Shown here: positions 56,201 to 64,000 of the stretch, piece by piece
Layout: each line of letters opens with the position of its first letter
How positions within the stretch are numbered: position 1 is the stretch's first letter
DNA from: Candidatus Scatavimonas merdigallinarum
Lineage (GTDB): Bacteria > Bacillota > Clostridia > Oscillospirales > Acutalibacteraceae
Assembly: GCA_018713055.1 (NCBI GenBank)
Contig: DVFW01000042.1
Location: 5,802 to 69,801 of the forward strand
DNA: 64,000 nt
Direction of reading: 5' to 3'
Made by a program: the position numbers and the translations under genes
The notes under the pieces: model-generated
Databases searched by the model: none
Told to the model about the DNA's origin: nothing
What the model saw: only the letters and a program-made list of their open reading frames with translations

Positions 56201-56730
56201 CCGCCTCTTACAGCAAACTGGCCGGCGCCTTCGACCTGCTCACAACGTTCATAACCAATGCGTATTAGCGCTTGCACGGCTGCTTCCATAGACAAGTTGC
56301 CGCCGGAGCGGAAGTTGAGCGTGGCTTTTTTTAGAAATTCAGGGGGAATGGTGTATTGGCTTGCTGCATCTATACAGGCAATGACTACGGAAAACTCACC
56401 GCGCAGCATTTTGGAAAGTACGCTTAAACGTTTATGCTCATACTCGTGCGACTGCCCCTGCACGTCCCGAAACGTAAAGTCGCGCAGCGGGTATACAAGC
56501 GCTCTGGAGCCCATAGAGGACAGGTCGTTTGCAAGTGTTTGCGCTTCGGCTTCGTTCGACACGGCAACCAGAGCCCGGTTGCCGGTTTCGCTGCATAGCG
56601 AATGAATTATATGCGCCTTATGAATTGCGGCCAAGCCGGTGGCGGCCAATGTAGAGCAGGGTAGCGCCGCGCAGTCGCGCAGCCGACGGTATTCCGGCAA
56701 TTGTTGCAGAATGCTTGTTAAAAATTTCAT
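53278..56730 (-). CDS. mfd: Transcription-repair coupling factor Mfd
   Basis: ATG at 56730 (MKFLTSILQQLPEY). UvrB-homology N-terminus, RID, and an SF2 translocase with GDVGFGKTEVA, DEEQRFG, TATPIPRT-like (SATPIPRT) and QLHQLRGRVGR motifs. Confidence 0.95.
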   Translation of the reverse strand: MKFLTSILQQLPEYRRLRDCAALPCSTLAATGLAAIHKAHIIHSLCSETGNRALVAVSNEAEAQTLANDLSSMGSRALVYPLRDFTFRDVQGQSHEYEHKRLSVLSKMLRGEFSVVIACIDAASQYTIPPEFLKKATLNFRSGGNLSMEAAVQALIRIGYERCEQVEGAGQFAVRGGILDFYMPDAPAPVRAEFWGDQVDTLNYFDPETQRRTEYIEELTLTPSTEVLIQDKNALALQIERHAALLRGKAAPLARQVLQNEADALKNGLTIASKDKFISLVYEKPATLFDYMGGEDFLFISEPVKTNDRMRAYTRLFEEELKDCFSTGALCKGYDTYFLDQTDLLDIFRRARLIYLDNFTHGSYDLPLHELVSFTAKQLSTWSGSIQVLCEDLQAAFHKNSSVVVLAGTARSAQSVVQALSEKGFPVQLTEQLSQPVQGKIYVMEGCLSSGFEYPALHFILITHGQVVHASRKKKAKNKNARQIYSLAELNVGDYVVHSTHGIGIFSGIHKIETQGIVKDYIKVEYAKKDALYVPVTQLDLISKYIGPRENSAVRLSRLGSTDWQKAKARVRSAVKDMAKELIALYAQRMQAQGHAFPPDSDWQRDFEARFEYEETEDQIRCIDEIKNDMEHTAPMDRLLCGDVGFGKTEVALRAAFKCVTDSKQCALLCPTTILAWQHYQTVLRRFEGYPVRIELLSRFRSSKQQADIIRRLRRGDIDMVVGTHRLVQKDVQFHDLGLCIIDEEQRFGVAQKERFKALCKNVDVLTLSATPIPRTLNMAMSGIRDMSILEEAPQDRYPVQTYVLEHDDAVICEAIRRELRRGGQVFYLHNKVESIEQKAQKLRTMMPEAKIAVGHGKMTEQELSSVWRKMLEQEVNVLVCTTIIETGIDLPNANTLIIENADCMGLSQLHQLRGRVGRSSRRAYAYFTFVQNKVLSEISQKRLTAIREFTQFGSGFKIAMRDLELRGAGNILGAQQHGHMEDVGYDMYLKLLSEAVNEEKGQSNSSAELECLIDVQIQAHIPEDYIQSLSQRLDIYRHISDIRNKEDARDVTDELIDRFGEPPQAVLGLIDIALVRSAAAAMGIYEIKQQGYTFLLYVKQIKSPAVADIIARLKGKALLNAGSKPYIAVKMGKNLSVQAALHTIFALRG

Positions 56731-56811
56731 GAATTTCCCAACCGTATCCTTTGTAAAATAAAATATGTAAACAGCAAAGGAAGCGCCCGGCGGCATTATG
56801 CCGGGCAAAGG

Positions 56812-57420
56812 TCAGCTGTTGTAAAGGTTCATGGCTTTATCGATTTCGCCGTTGATGATAAGTTCCACAGCTGCGCAGGCGTTGCAGGCTGCTGTATCCA
56901 AACGCTCCAGCTCGTCTGGCGTAAAACGGGACAATACCCAGTCTGCAAGTTCCCACCCTGGGTTTGGTTTAGCGCCGATCCCCAGCTTTATGCGGGGAAA
57001 ATCGTCTTTACCGGAAAGGTAAATAATGCTGCGCATACCTTTTTGCCCGCCATCGCTGCCTTTTCTGCGGATGCGCAGGCGGCCTACATCCAGAGAAACG
57101 TCATCAAACAGTATAATGACATGTGCAGGCGGAATTTTGTAGAAAGACATCGCCTGTGTCACAGACTGTCCGCTGTGATTCATAAAGGTCTGCGGTTTTA
57201 AAAGCAAGGTCCGGCGTCCGCTGATTGTACATTCTCCATACAGCGCCTTAAACTTCAAACGGTTAAGCTGTGTCCCGTGCTTTTCAGCGAGCTTTTCTAT
57301 GGTGATATAGCCTGCGTTGTGCCGCGTGTTTTCATATTCACGCCCGGGGTTCCCAAGACCGGCAACAATATATTCCACCGGTCCGGTCAAAGGTTTGCTT
57401 TTTTTTAAAAAATGCATCAT
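56812..57420 (-). CDS. pth: Peptidyl-tRNA hydrolase
   Basis: 202 aa with GLGNPG, YENTRHNAGY and MNHSG motifs. Confidence 0.9.
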   Translation of the reverse strand: MMHFLKKSKPLTGPVEYIVAGLGNPGREYENTRHNAGYITIEKLAEKHGTQLNRLKFKALYGECTISGRRTLLLKPQTFMNHSGQSVTQAMSFYKIPPAHVIILFDDVSLDVGRLRIRRKGSDGGQKGMRSIIYLSGKDDFPRIKLGIGAKPNPGWELADWVLSRFTPDELERLDTAACNACAAVELIINGEIDKAMNLYNS

Positions 57421-57562
57421 GATTTCGTCTCCGTTTTGGCGGCATGGGCCATACAGCGCTGGAGTCCGCCTGTTTTTTCAGCGCTGTTTTTATTTTTATA
57501 CGGCTAAAAGGCGGCATAAACTGTATGCCGCCTGGAAAGTTTATCTGTATGGATAGAAAAGA

Positions 57563-58522
57563 TCAGCCAAACATGGGGGAAACAGGTTTGTCGGCATAAA
57601 TTCTTTCGATTGCTTCGGCAAATACGGGCGCCACGGGAAGAATGGTAAATTTATCCAGCATTTTGTCGTCTGGGATCGGAACGGTGTCAAGTAAAATCAG
57701 TTCTTTAATAGGGCTTTTTTCAATTCTCTCGATCGCCGGGCCGGAAAGGACAGAATGCGTAGCACAGGCATAAACGCTTGTTGCGCCGCCCTTTTCTATA
57801 ATGGCGGTTGCAGCGTTGCAAAGTGTGCCGGCAGTGTCGATCATATCGTCGACAAGGATAACCTTTTTGCCCTCTACATCGCCGATAATGTTCATAACTT
57901 CAGAAACGTTGGCCTTCTGGCGGCGCTTATCAATAATAGCAAGCGGACAGCCGATTTTTGCGGCAAAATTTCTGGCCCTTGTAACGGACCCCAGGTCGGG
58001 CGAAACAACAACATACTCGTCTGTTTTGGTAGCAATCTGTTCTCTTAAATGTGCAGCCAGCATGGGCGCGCCCAGCAGATGGTCAACAGGAATATTGAAA
58101 AAGCCCTGAATCTGCGCTGCATGCAGGTCCATTGTAAGCACACGGTCCGCCCCGGCGACGGTAATCAGGTCGGCAACCAGCTTTGCAGAGATTGGATCTC
58201 TGGCCTTGGCCTTTCTGTCCTGCCTTGCATAGCCAAAATACGGCATAACGGCCGTAATGCGCGCGGCAGAAGCGCGCTTCATAGCGTCGATCATAATTAA
58301 AAGCTCCATGATGTTGTTGTTTACAGGCGCGCAGGTCGACTGTACAATAAAGCACTCGGAGCCTCTGACTGATTCATGCAGCGAAACGGAAATTTCCCCG
58401 TCGCTGAAGGTAGAGCAGTCGGACTTTCCAAGCGGAAGGCCAAGGCAGCCTGCAATGCCCTGCGCCACGTCTTTATTGGAGCTTCCTGTGAAAATTTTAA
58501 TGTCCTTACCGTGAAAATTCAT
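57563..58522 (-). CDS. prs: Ribose-phosphate pyrophosphokinase
   Basis: 319 aa with YARQDRK, DLHA and VDDMIDTAGT motifs. Confidence 0.95.
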   Translation of the reverse strand: MNFHGKDIKIFTGSSNKDVAQGIAGCLGLPLGKSDCSTFSDGEISVSLHESVRGSECFIVQSTCAPVNNNIMELLIMIDAMKRASAARITAVMPYFGYARQDRKAKARDPISAKLVADLITVAGADRVLTMDLHAAQIQGFFNIPVDHLLGAPMLAAHLREQIATKTDEYVVVSPDLGSVTRARNFAAKIGCPLAIIDKRRQKANVSEVMNIIGDVEGKKVILVDDMIDTAGTLCNAATAIIEKGGATSVYACATHSVLSGPAIERIEKSPIKELILLDTVPIPDDKMLDKFTILPVAPVFAEAIERIYADKPVSPMFG

Positions 58523-58575
58523 GATTGATCCCCCTGATATAAATTAAAATGTGCAGCCCAAAAGGCCATGCACAT

Positions 58576-59340
58576 TTATACATGCAAGCTTCCGTATTTT
58601 TTTTCTGCAAGCCTGTTTAATTCTGCAAGCTGCTGCGGGTCGTTCGCCCCCAAAACCGCGTCTGCGCACGGCGCAGTAAACGCCTGCACGGTTTTGCCCT
58701 TCTGCAAGAGCAGCTTCAGCGCGTCGGGCAGGTAATATTCCCGCGCGTTGTTATTTGTGGTAATATCGCCAAGCACTTCTAAAAGCGCATCTATATGAAA
58801 CCAGTAGGCGCCGGAGTTGACTTCCCGGATCAGCGCGGTTTTCCCGTCTGTATCCTTTTGCTCTACAACGGCGCGCAGCGTGCCTGTATGATTATCCCTG
58901 ATAATTCTGCCATAACCGGAAGGGTCGTCCACATTTGCAGAAATAACCGTTGCGCTGCTTTGCTTTTTTTTGTGCAGCGCATATGCGTCCCGGATTGTTT
59001 CGCCGTTGATAAACGGTGCGTCGCCGTTTAAAACAACAACGTCGCCCCCGCCGTTTTTCTGTAAAAAATCCTTTGCCGTCATGACAGCGTGGCCTGTTCC
59101 AAGGCGTTCAGACTGAAATACAGTTTCAAGCGGATAGGGCAGCGTTTTTATATATGCGTCTATACATTCGTGCTTATACCCGGTAACAATGCATATACGG
59201 TCAATGCCGCTTTCTTTTAAAGCGTCTAGTACCCATTGCAGCATGGGCTTTTCAAGCACCATGGAAAGTGTTTTGGGCTTTTGCGAGCGCATGCGCGTTC
59301 CCTCGCCGCCTGCTAAAATTACGGCGCACTGCTGTGACAT
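58576..59340 (-). CDS. glmU: GlmU-like UDP-GlcNAc pyrophosphorylase domain only (no left-handed beta-helix acetyltransferase domain)
   Basis: ATG at 59340 after AAGGAG. ILAGGEGTRMRS, KPM and GTGHA motifs are present. The ORF stops after about 254 aa, in the linker helix, and prs follows 50 nt later. Confidence 0.7.
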   Translation of the reverse strand: MSQQCAVILAGGEGTRMRSQKPKTLSMVLEKPMLQWVLDALKESGIDRICIVTGYKHECIDAYIKTLPYPLETVFQSERLGTGHAVMTAKDFLQKNGGGDVVVLNGDAPFINGETIRDAYALHKKKQSSATVISANVDDPSGYGRIIRDNHTGTLRAVVEQKDTDGKTALIREVNSGAYWFHIDALLEVLGDITTNNNAREYYLPDALKLLLQKGKTVQAFTAPCADAVLGANDPQQLAELNRLAEKKYGSLHV

Positions 59341-59597
59341 AAGAGCACTCCTTTTTACATGCTGTTTTTTTGCAGCCTGCAAAGCCCCGTTTCCCAGCTA
59401 TACAGTGCAAAGCGGGTGCAAATGCACGTTATTTTTTGTCCTACAGATATTCATATTATCGCACAGATATTATATTTTTCAAGTTTTAAATTACACTTTC
59501 TGACAATTTTAACGTTTTCAACAGTATTATGTTTTATAATAATCATTAAATTAGTCTGTTTTTATTGGAAAAAAGTATAGCCTTTTCAGGAAATCTT

Positions 59598-59606
59598 TGC
59601 TATAAT
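59598..59606 (+). promoter_or_regulatory. Extended -10 element (TGcTATAAT), candidate ppdK promoter
   Basis: TGCTATAAT lies 84 nt upstream of the ppdK ATG. No good -35 was seen. Confidence 0.35.
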
Positions 59607-59689
59607 ACAACGTGGACTTGTAAAGTCAGTTTATCTTGTAAATGGTGCAAATGCATTTTGCACGGAAAAAATTTTAGGAGGTCATTCCA

Positions 59690-62326
59690 ATGAGCCATAA
59701 GTATGTTTATCTTTTCTCCGAAGGCGACGAAACCATGAGAGAGCTTCTTGGCGGAAAAGGCGCGAACCTTGCCGGCATGGTCAAGCTTGGTATGCCGGTT
59801 CCTCAGGGTTTTACGGTTTCTACAGAAGCCTGTACCCGTTATTATGAAGATGGAAGAAAAATCGGCGCAGATATTGAAGAGCAGATCTATCAGGCACTGG
59901 CAAAGGTCGAAGAGATCAACGGCAAAAAATTTGGCGACACAAAAAATCCGCTGCTTGTATCTGTCCGCAGCGGTGCAAGAGCGTCTATGCCGGGTATGAT
60001 GGACACGATTTTGAACCTGGGCTTGAACGACGACGTTGTCGCCGGCCTGATTGCGGGCAATCCGGATCCTAAATTTGAGCGGTTTGTGTATGACTCCTAC
60101 CGCCGTTTTATCCAGATGTTCTCCGACGTTGTTATGGAAATTTCCAAAAAGCGTTTTGAGGTTATCATTGACGAAGTAAAAGAAAAGAAAGGCATTAAGG
60201 ACGACATTGATCTGGATGCCGACGATATGAAGCAGCTGGTTGTTCTGTTTAAGGACTTTTACAGGCAGGAAAAGGGCGAGGATTTCCCGACTGATCCAAA
60301 AGTACAGATGATGGAGGCTGTAAAGGCTGTTTTCCGTTCTTGGGACAACCCCCGCGCAAACGTATACCGCCGTATGAACGATATCCCCTATTCCTGGGGT
60401 ACCGCCGTCAACGTACAGCCCATGGTGTTTGGTAACCTGAATGAAAACTCAGGTACGGGCGTTGCTTTTACGCGCGACCCTGCAACGGGCGAAAAAGCGC
60501 TGTTTGGCGAATACCTTATCAACGCGCAGGGTGAAGACGTTGTTGCCGGTGTACGTACACCCAGCCATATTACAAAGCTTGCGGAAGACATGCCCGAGGT
60601 GTACAAGCAGTTTGTAGATATTGCAAACCGGCTGGAAAAGCATTACAGAGATATGCAGGATATGGAATTTACCATTGAAAACGGAAAACTTTATATGCTG
60701 CAGACGAGAAACGGCAAGAGAACCGCTGCGGCGGCGCTGAAAATAGCAGTGGACCTTGTAAAAGAAGGCATGATTACAGAGGAAGAGGCTGTTTTGCGCG
60801 TTGACCCCAAGCAGCTTGACGCATTGCTCCACCCGCAGTTCGACGCAAGTGCATTGAAGGCCGCAACGCCGATTGGCAAGGGCTTGGCTGCATCTCCCGG
60901 CGCTGCATGCGGTAAGGTTGTGTTTACTGCCGAAGACGCCAAAACGTGGGTTGAAAAGGGCGAAAAAGTTGTTTTGGTCCGTTTGGAAACTTCCCCGGAA
61001 GACATTGAAGGCATGAATGCTGCTGAAGGTATTTTGACCGTGAGGGGCGGTATGACCTCCCACGCTGCCGTTGTTGCGCGTGGTATGGGTACCTGCTGTG
61101 TTTCCGGCTGCGGTGAGATCAGCATTGACGAAGAAGCAAAAATGTTTACCCTTGGCGGCAAGACGATTAAAGAAGGCGACTATATATCTCTCAACGGTTC
61201 AACCGGCGACATTTACGGCGAAGCCATCCCCACAGTGGACGCTGCAATTGTAGGCGATTTTGACGTGTTTATGAAGTGGGCGGACGCGGCCAGAACGCTG
61301 AAGGTAAGAACAAATGCGGACAACCCCCGCGACACGGCACAGGCTGTAAAATTTGGCGCGGAAGGCATTGGCCTTTGCCGCACCGAGCACATGTTCTTTG
61401 AAGGCGACAGGATTAAGGCGATCCGTGAAATGATCGTCTCCGACACGGTAGAAGAAAGAAAGAACGCACTTGCGAAAATTATGCCGTACCAGCAGGGCGA
61501 CTTTGAAGCCATGTACAGGGTGCTGGAAGGGCGTCCCATGACGATCCGCTTCCTTGACCCCCCGCTGCATGAATTTGTTCCTACAAAGGAAGAAGATATT
61601 GTAGAGCTTGCAAAAGAAATGAACATTACGGTTGAGCACCTGAAAAGCGTGATCAGCGGCCTGCACGAGTTTAACCCGATGATGGGCCACCGCGGCTGCC
61701 GTCTGGCGGTAACGTACCCGGAAATTGCAGAAATGCAGACGACTGCCGTAATCAACGCGGCGATCACGGTTAATAAAGAACATCCGGAATACAACATTGT
61801 GCCGGAAATCATGATTCCGCTGGTAGGCGAGCTCAAAGAGCTCAAGTATGTAAAGGATGTTGTAACGGCAACGGCCGACAAGCTGATTGCAGAAGCGGGC
61901 GTGAACATGCAGTACCATGTGGGTACGATGATCGAAATCCCAAGGGCTGCGCTTACCGCGGACGAAATTGCAAAAGAAGCAGAATTCTTCAGCTTTGGTA
62001 CAAACGATCTGACGCAGATGACCTTTGGCTTCAGCCGTGACGACGCCGGCAAGTTCTTGGATGCATACTATGAAAAGAAAATCTACGAATTTGACCCGTT
62101 TGCGAAGCTTGACCAAACAGGCGTTGGCAAACTGGTAAAGATGGCGGCCGAGCTTGGCAGAGCAACGCGCCCGGATATTAAGCTGGGTATTTGCGGCGAG
62201 CACGGCGGTGATCCTTCTTCTGTTGAGTTCTGCCATAATGTTGGCCTCAACTATGTATCCTGCTCCCCGTTCCGCGTGCCGATCGCACGTCTGGCTGCAG
62301 CACAGGCTGCTATTAAAAGCAAATAA
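59690..62326 (+). CDS. ppdK: Pyruvate, phosphate dikinase
   Basis: 878 aa starting LGGKGANLAGM, with the phosphohistidine site GGMTSHAAVVARG and a C-terminal PEP-utilising TIM barrel (GICGEHGGDP). Confidence 0.95.
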   Translation: MSHKYVYLFSEGDETMRELLGGKGANLAGMVKLGMPVPQGFTVSTEACTRYYEDGRKIGADIEEQIYQALAKVEEINGKKFGDTKNPLLVSVRSGARASMPGMMDTILNLGLNDDVVAGLIAGNPDPKFERFVYDSYRRFIQMFSDVVMEISKKRFEVIIDEVKEKKGIKDDIDLDADDMKQLVVLFKDFYRQEKGEDFPTDPKVQMMEAVKAVFRSWDNPRANVYRRMNDIPYSWGTAVNVQPMVFGNLNENSGTGVAFTRDPATGEKALFGEYLINAQGEDVVAGVRTPSHITKLAEDMPEVYKQFVDIANRLEKHYRDMQDMEFTIENGKLYMLQTRNGKRTAAAALKIAVDLVKEGMITEEEAVLRVDPKQLDALLHPQFDASALKAATPIGKGLAASPGAACGKVVFTAEDAKTWVEKGEKVVLVRLETSPEDIEGMNAAEGILTVRGGMTSHAAVVARGMGTCCVSGCGEISIDEEAKMFTLGGKTIKEGDYISLNGSTGDIYGEAIPTVDAAIVGDFDVFMKWADAARTLKVRTNADNPRDTAQAVKFGAEGIGLCRTEHMFFEGDRIKAIREMIVSDTVEERKNALAKIMPYQQGDFEAMYRVLEGRPMTIRFLDPPLHEFVPTKEEDIVELAKEMNITVEHLKSVISGLHEFNPMMGHRGCRLAVTYPEIAEMQTTAVINAAITVNKEHPEYNIVPEIMIPLVGELKELKYVKDVVTATADKLIAEAGVNMQYHVGTMIEIPRAALTADEIAKEAEFFSFGTNDLTQMTFGFSRDDAGKFLDAYYEKKIYEFDPFAKLDQTGVGKLVKMAAELGRATRPDIKLGICGEHGGDPSSVEFCHNVGLNYVSCSPFRVPIARLAAAQAAIKSK

Positions 62327-62391
62327 GCATGGCGCATGGCTGTTAAAGTGCAAATCAATTTTTACAAAAAATTTGTGCTAAACTAAAGAAT

Positions 62392-62433
62392 AGACCTTGT
62401 GAGTCATTTCGGCTCACAGGGTCTTATTTTTTT
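62392..62433 (+). terminator. Rho-independent terminator of ppdK
   Basis: AGACCTTGTGAG-(loop)-CTCACAGGGTCT followed by TATTTTTTT. Confidence 0.8.
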
Positions 62434-62602
62434 GCGACATGGCAAAAAACCTTAAAAATACGGTATTTTTGATAATAAAATAAAGTTTTGTTGTGATTTG
62501 GATTTTGCAAACCCTCGCAGTAGAGGCGTTTGCTGGGGCAAGAATTTTTTACAAAACCATTTTTTGCCGTGATAATGGCCGGGGAGCTGGCGATGTCTAG
62601 AT

Positions 62603-62643
62603 AAAATGCGCATACCGCTTAAAACAGCGGTATGCGCATTTTT
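62603..62643. terminator. Orphan strong terminator hairpin (no annotated gene ends here)
   Basis: ATGCGCATACCGCT-TAAAAC-AGCGGTATGCGCAT forms a 14-bp perfect stem. It is flanked by AAA upstream and TTTTT downstream. Confidence 0.7.
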
Positions 62644-62762
62644 ATGGAAAAACAAAAAAATAAAAAGAAAAATATAGAATATTTCTTTACTTTTTGTTTA
62701 CAAAACGGTATTATTATAATATATTAAATACAGAACTGTTGCCGGCAGAGAAAGGAGATATT

Positions 62763-63185
62763 ATGAAAAAATATATAAAAACTGCGATAATAGTGGCGTG
62801 TATTGTAACAGCAGCTGCAACGTGCAAGGCTTCTGCTATGGATTTGAACTATAATCTGAATCAAGAGTATGATGTATACAACACCAACGGCGTTGTCAAC
62901 AGCGTATATGATATTGGTTCGATTATGCCGTATGATGACGTGCGGGCACGCACCAGAGCAGATTCCACAGGTGGAATGAGTGTAACAGCACGCGCCATTA
63001 TAACTGCGACAGATGGACAGACGAAGCGGATAGAAAGCAATCAAAAGAATGTATCTGGCTGGGTGGACAGCGGCTGGGTACAGATAGATGGGCAAGACTA
63101 TGCAAAAGTAGTACAACACCAGGCTTACCGCAAGTTTATTGCTACCAATGCATTAGACAAAGCATACGAATACTATATTACATAG
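62763..63185 (+). CDS. Small secreted protein of unknown function
   Basis: ATG at 62763 after AAAGGAGA. Signal peptide MKKYIKTAIIVACIVTAAATCKASA. The mature part is about 115 aa and beta-rich. Confidence 0.6.
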   Translation: MKKYIKTAIIVACIVTAAATCKASAMDLNYNLNQEYDVYNTNGVVNSVYDIGSIMPYDDVRARTRADSTGGMSVTARAIITATDGQTKRIESNQKNVSGWVDSGWVQIDGQDYAKVVQHQAYRKFIATNALDKAYEYYIT

Positions 63186-63258
63186 TCTATAAAAATAAAA
63201 TGTAATTAAATACCGGCACAGTTCGTTTACATTTGAGTAAGAGCAAAAGAGGATTGGT

Positions 63259-64000
63259 ATGAAGACATTACGCCTTGTGGCATCGAGGTTTTTTCTTTAT
63301 TTTACGAATAATAAAATTATTTTTGTCTTGTTTCTTTTGGGTGGGATTGCCTGCTCTATTGCGTTTATCCATTTTTATGGAAACGGAACCAGCTATAAAA
63401 AAGTACAGGCAGAGGACAACGCTTCGTTGCGATATTACGCCCTGGAGTTTCAGCAGCCTGTTCCGCAGCCGGAAGTTGATCAAGAAGTTCTGCATAATGA
63501 AAATATTTGCGACATAGAACTTGCACATGCGCTTGTACAGGAGGAAATGCCCATTTCCATAGAAGGCAACAGACGCTTTTTTATAAAAACAAAAATGCAA
63601 AATGGCGCACCGCTGTATGCGGAAAAGGGACGAGTCGCCTTTACACAGCAAGAGCTTGCGCAGGCGCAGCGGGTGGTTATCCTGCCGGGAATGGTGGAGG
63701 CGTTGTATGAGGTGGAAATTGGCAGTACCATGCGCATTCTTGGAGAAGCGTTTACAGTAATTGGGATGTCTACAGATATGGAGGGATTTTATATCCCTTT
63801 CTCTGTTTTTGAGCAATGGGGTCTTTCTGTGTCTGAATTTTCGGTAACGCTTGACCAAAAGCTCAGTGTTGCAGACAACAATGCGTTTATTGCACAGCTG
63901 CATAATGCTTATCCTACGGCCGTTTTGACACAGTCTCCCTCCAATTATTATAGTTTGGCAAGCGAAAGATTTTCTTTGCAGCTCTTTTCCATATCGGTAG
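63259..64000 (+). CDS. FtsX/MacB-like ABC transporter permease, 5' part (runs off the right edge; absent from the ORF track)
   Basis: Hand translation from ATG 63259 (RBS AAAAGAGGA) gives MKTLRLVASRFFLYFTNNKIIFVLFLLGGIACSIAFIHFYG..., followed by an extracytoplasmic domain. The frame stays open to position 64000. Confidence 0.6.
   Translation, partial: MKTLRLVASRFFLYFTNNKIIFVLFLLGGIACSIAFIHFYGNGTSYKKVQAEDNASLRYYALEFQQPVPQPEVDQEVLHNENICDIELAHALVQEEMPISIEGNRRFFIKTKMQNGAPLYAEKGRVAFTQQELAQAQRVVILPGMVEALYEVEIGSTMRILGEAFTVIGMSTDMEGFYIPFSVFEQWGLSVSEFSVTLDQKLSVADNNAFIAQLHNAYPTAVLTQSPSNYYSLASERFSLQLFSISV

Noticed and set aside
61199-62353. 384-aa and 279-aa minus-strand ORFs antisense to ppdK
   Set aside because: These are shadow ORFs inside an unambiguous pyruvate phosphate dikinase gene. 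Their composition is not protein-like, with runs of R, C, F and H.
63268-63903. 211-aa minus-strand ORF near the right edge
   Set aside because: The plus strand carries an open frame from ATG 63259 to the window end, with a good RBS and an FtsX-permease-like N-terminal TM helix. That frame is absent from the track only because it lacks a stop in the window. The minus ORF is its antisense shadow.
1-64000. CRISPR arrays, rRNA or tRNA genes, IS elements or transposases
   Set aside because: None were recognised on either strand. The only repeated sequences found are the 43-bp pair at 30795 and 31119 and short hairpins. A computational repeat and tRNA scan would be needed to be certain.

Overview
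This window is a chromosomal segment from a spore-forming Firmicute. The gene content looks Clostridia-like: spmA/spmB, a GerA-family germinant receptor, an AbrB-type regulator and a SpoVD/SpoVE-type division cluster.

Positions 1-39.3 kb are housekeeping genes:
- holB-yaaT
- phoH-ybeY-dgkA-era-(yqzL-like)-recO
- mutS2, rimM-trmD, ptsH, uvrC, rsmD-coaD
- a reduced dcw cluster: mraZ-rsmH-ftsL-PBP-[Mur-ligase-like remnant]-mraY-ftsW-murG-murA-ftsQ-ftsZ, with no murE/F/D/C/B or ftsA
- a methyltransferase, cysK and nfo
- a tandemly duplicated small RHH gene, with one copy frameshifted
- a PfkB kinase, trxB and a dCMP deaminase
- an abrB-like gene, spmAB and a gerA-family gene
- a T-box-controlled stand-alone trpB2

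Positions 39.6-51.0 kb are the outstanding feature. They hold 17 co-directional, tightly coupled phage-derived structural genes: terS, terL, portal, protease/scaffold, decoration protein, capsid, neck proteins and a Mu/PBSX-type baseplate with a short fibre. I found no integrase, repressor, replication, tail sheath, normal tape measure, holin or endolysin genes anywhere in the window. The cluster sits between core genes and is bracketed by strong terminators. It is a candidate gene-transfer-agent-like or domesticated particle locus.

Positions 51-64 kb contain:
- a minus-strand operon: glmU (uridyltransferase domain only)-prs-pth-mfd-lipoprotein-D/Y-rich membrane protein
- ppdK
- an orphan terminator that may mark a small RNA
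- a small secreted protein
- the 5' part of an FtsX-like permease

I saw no rRNA, tRNA, CRISPR array or transposase. All protein family calls come from reading the translations by eye. No database search was run.
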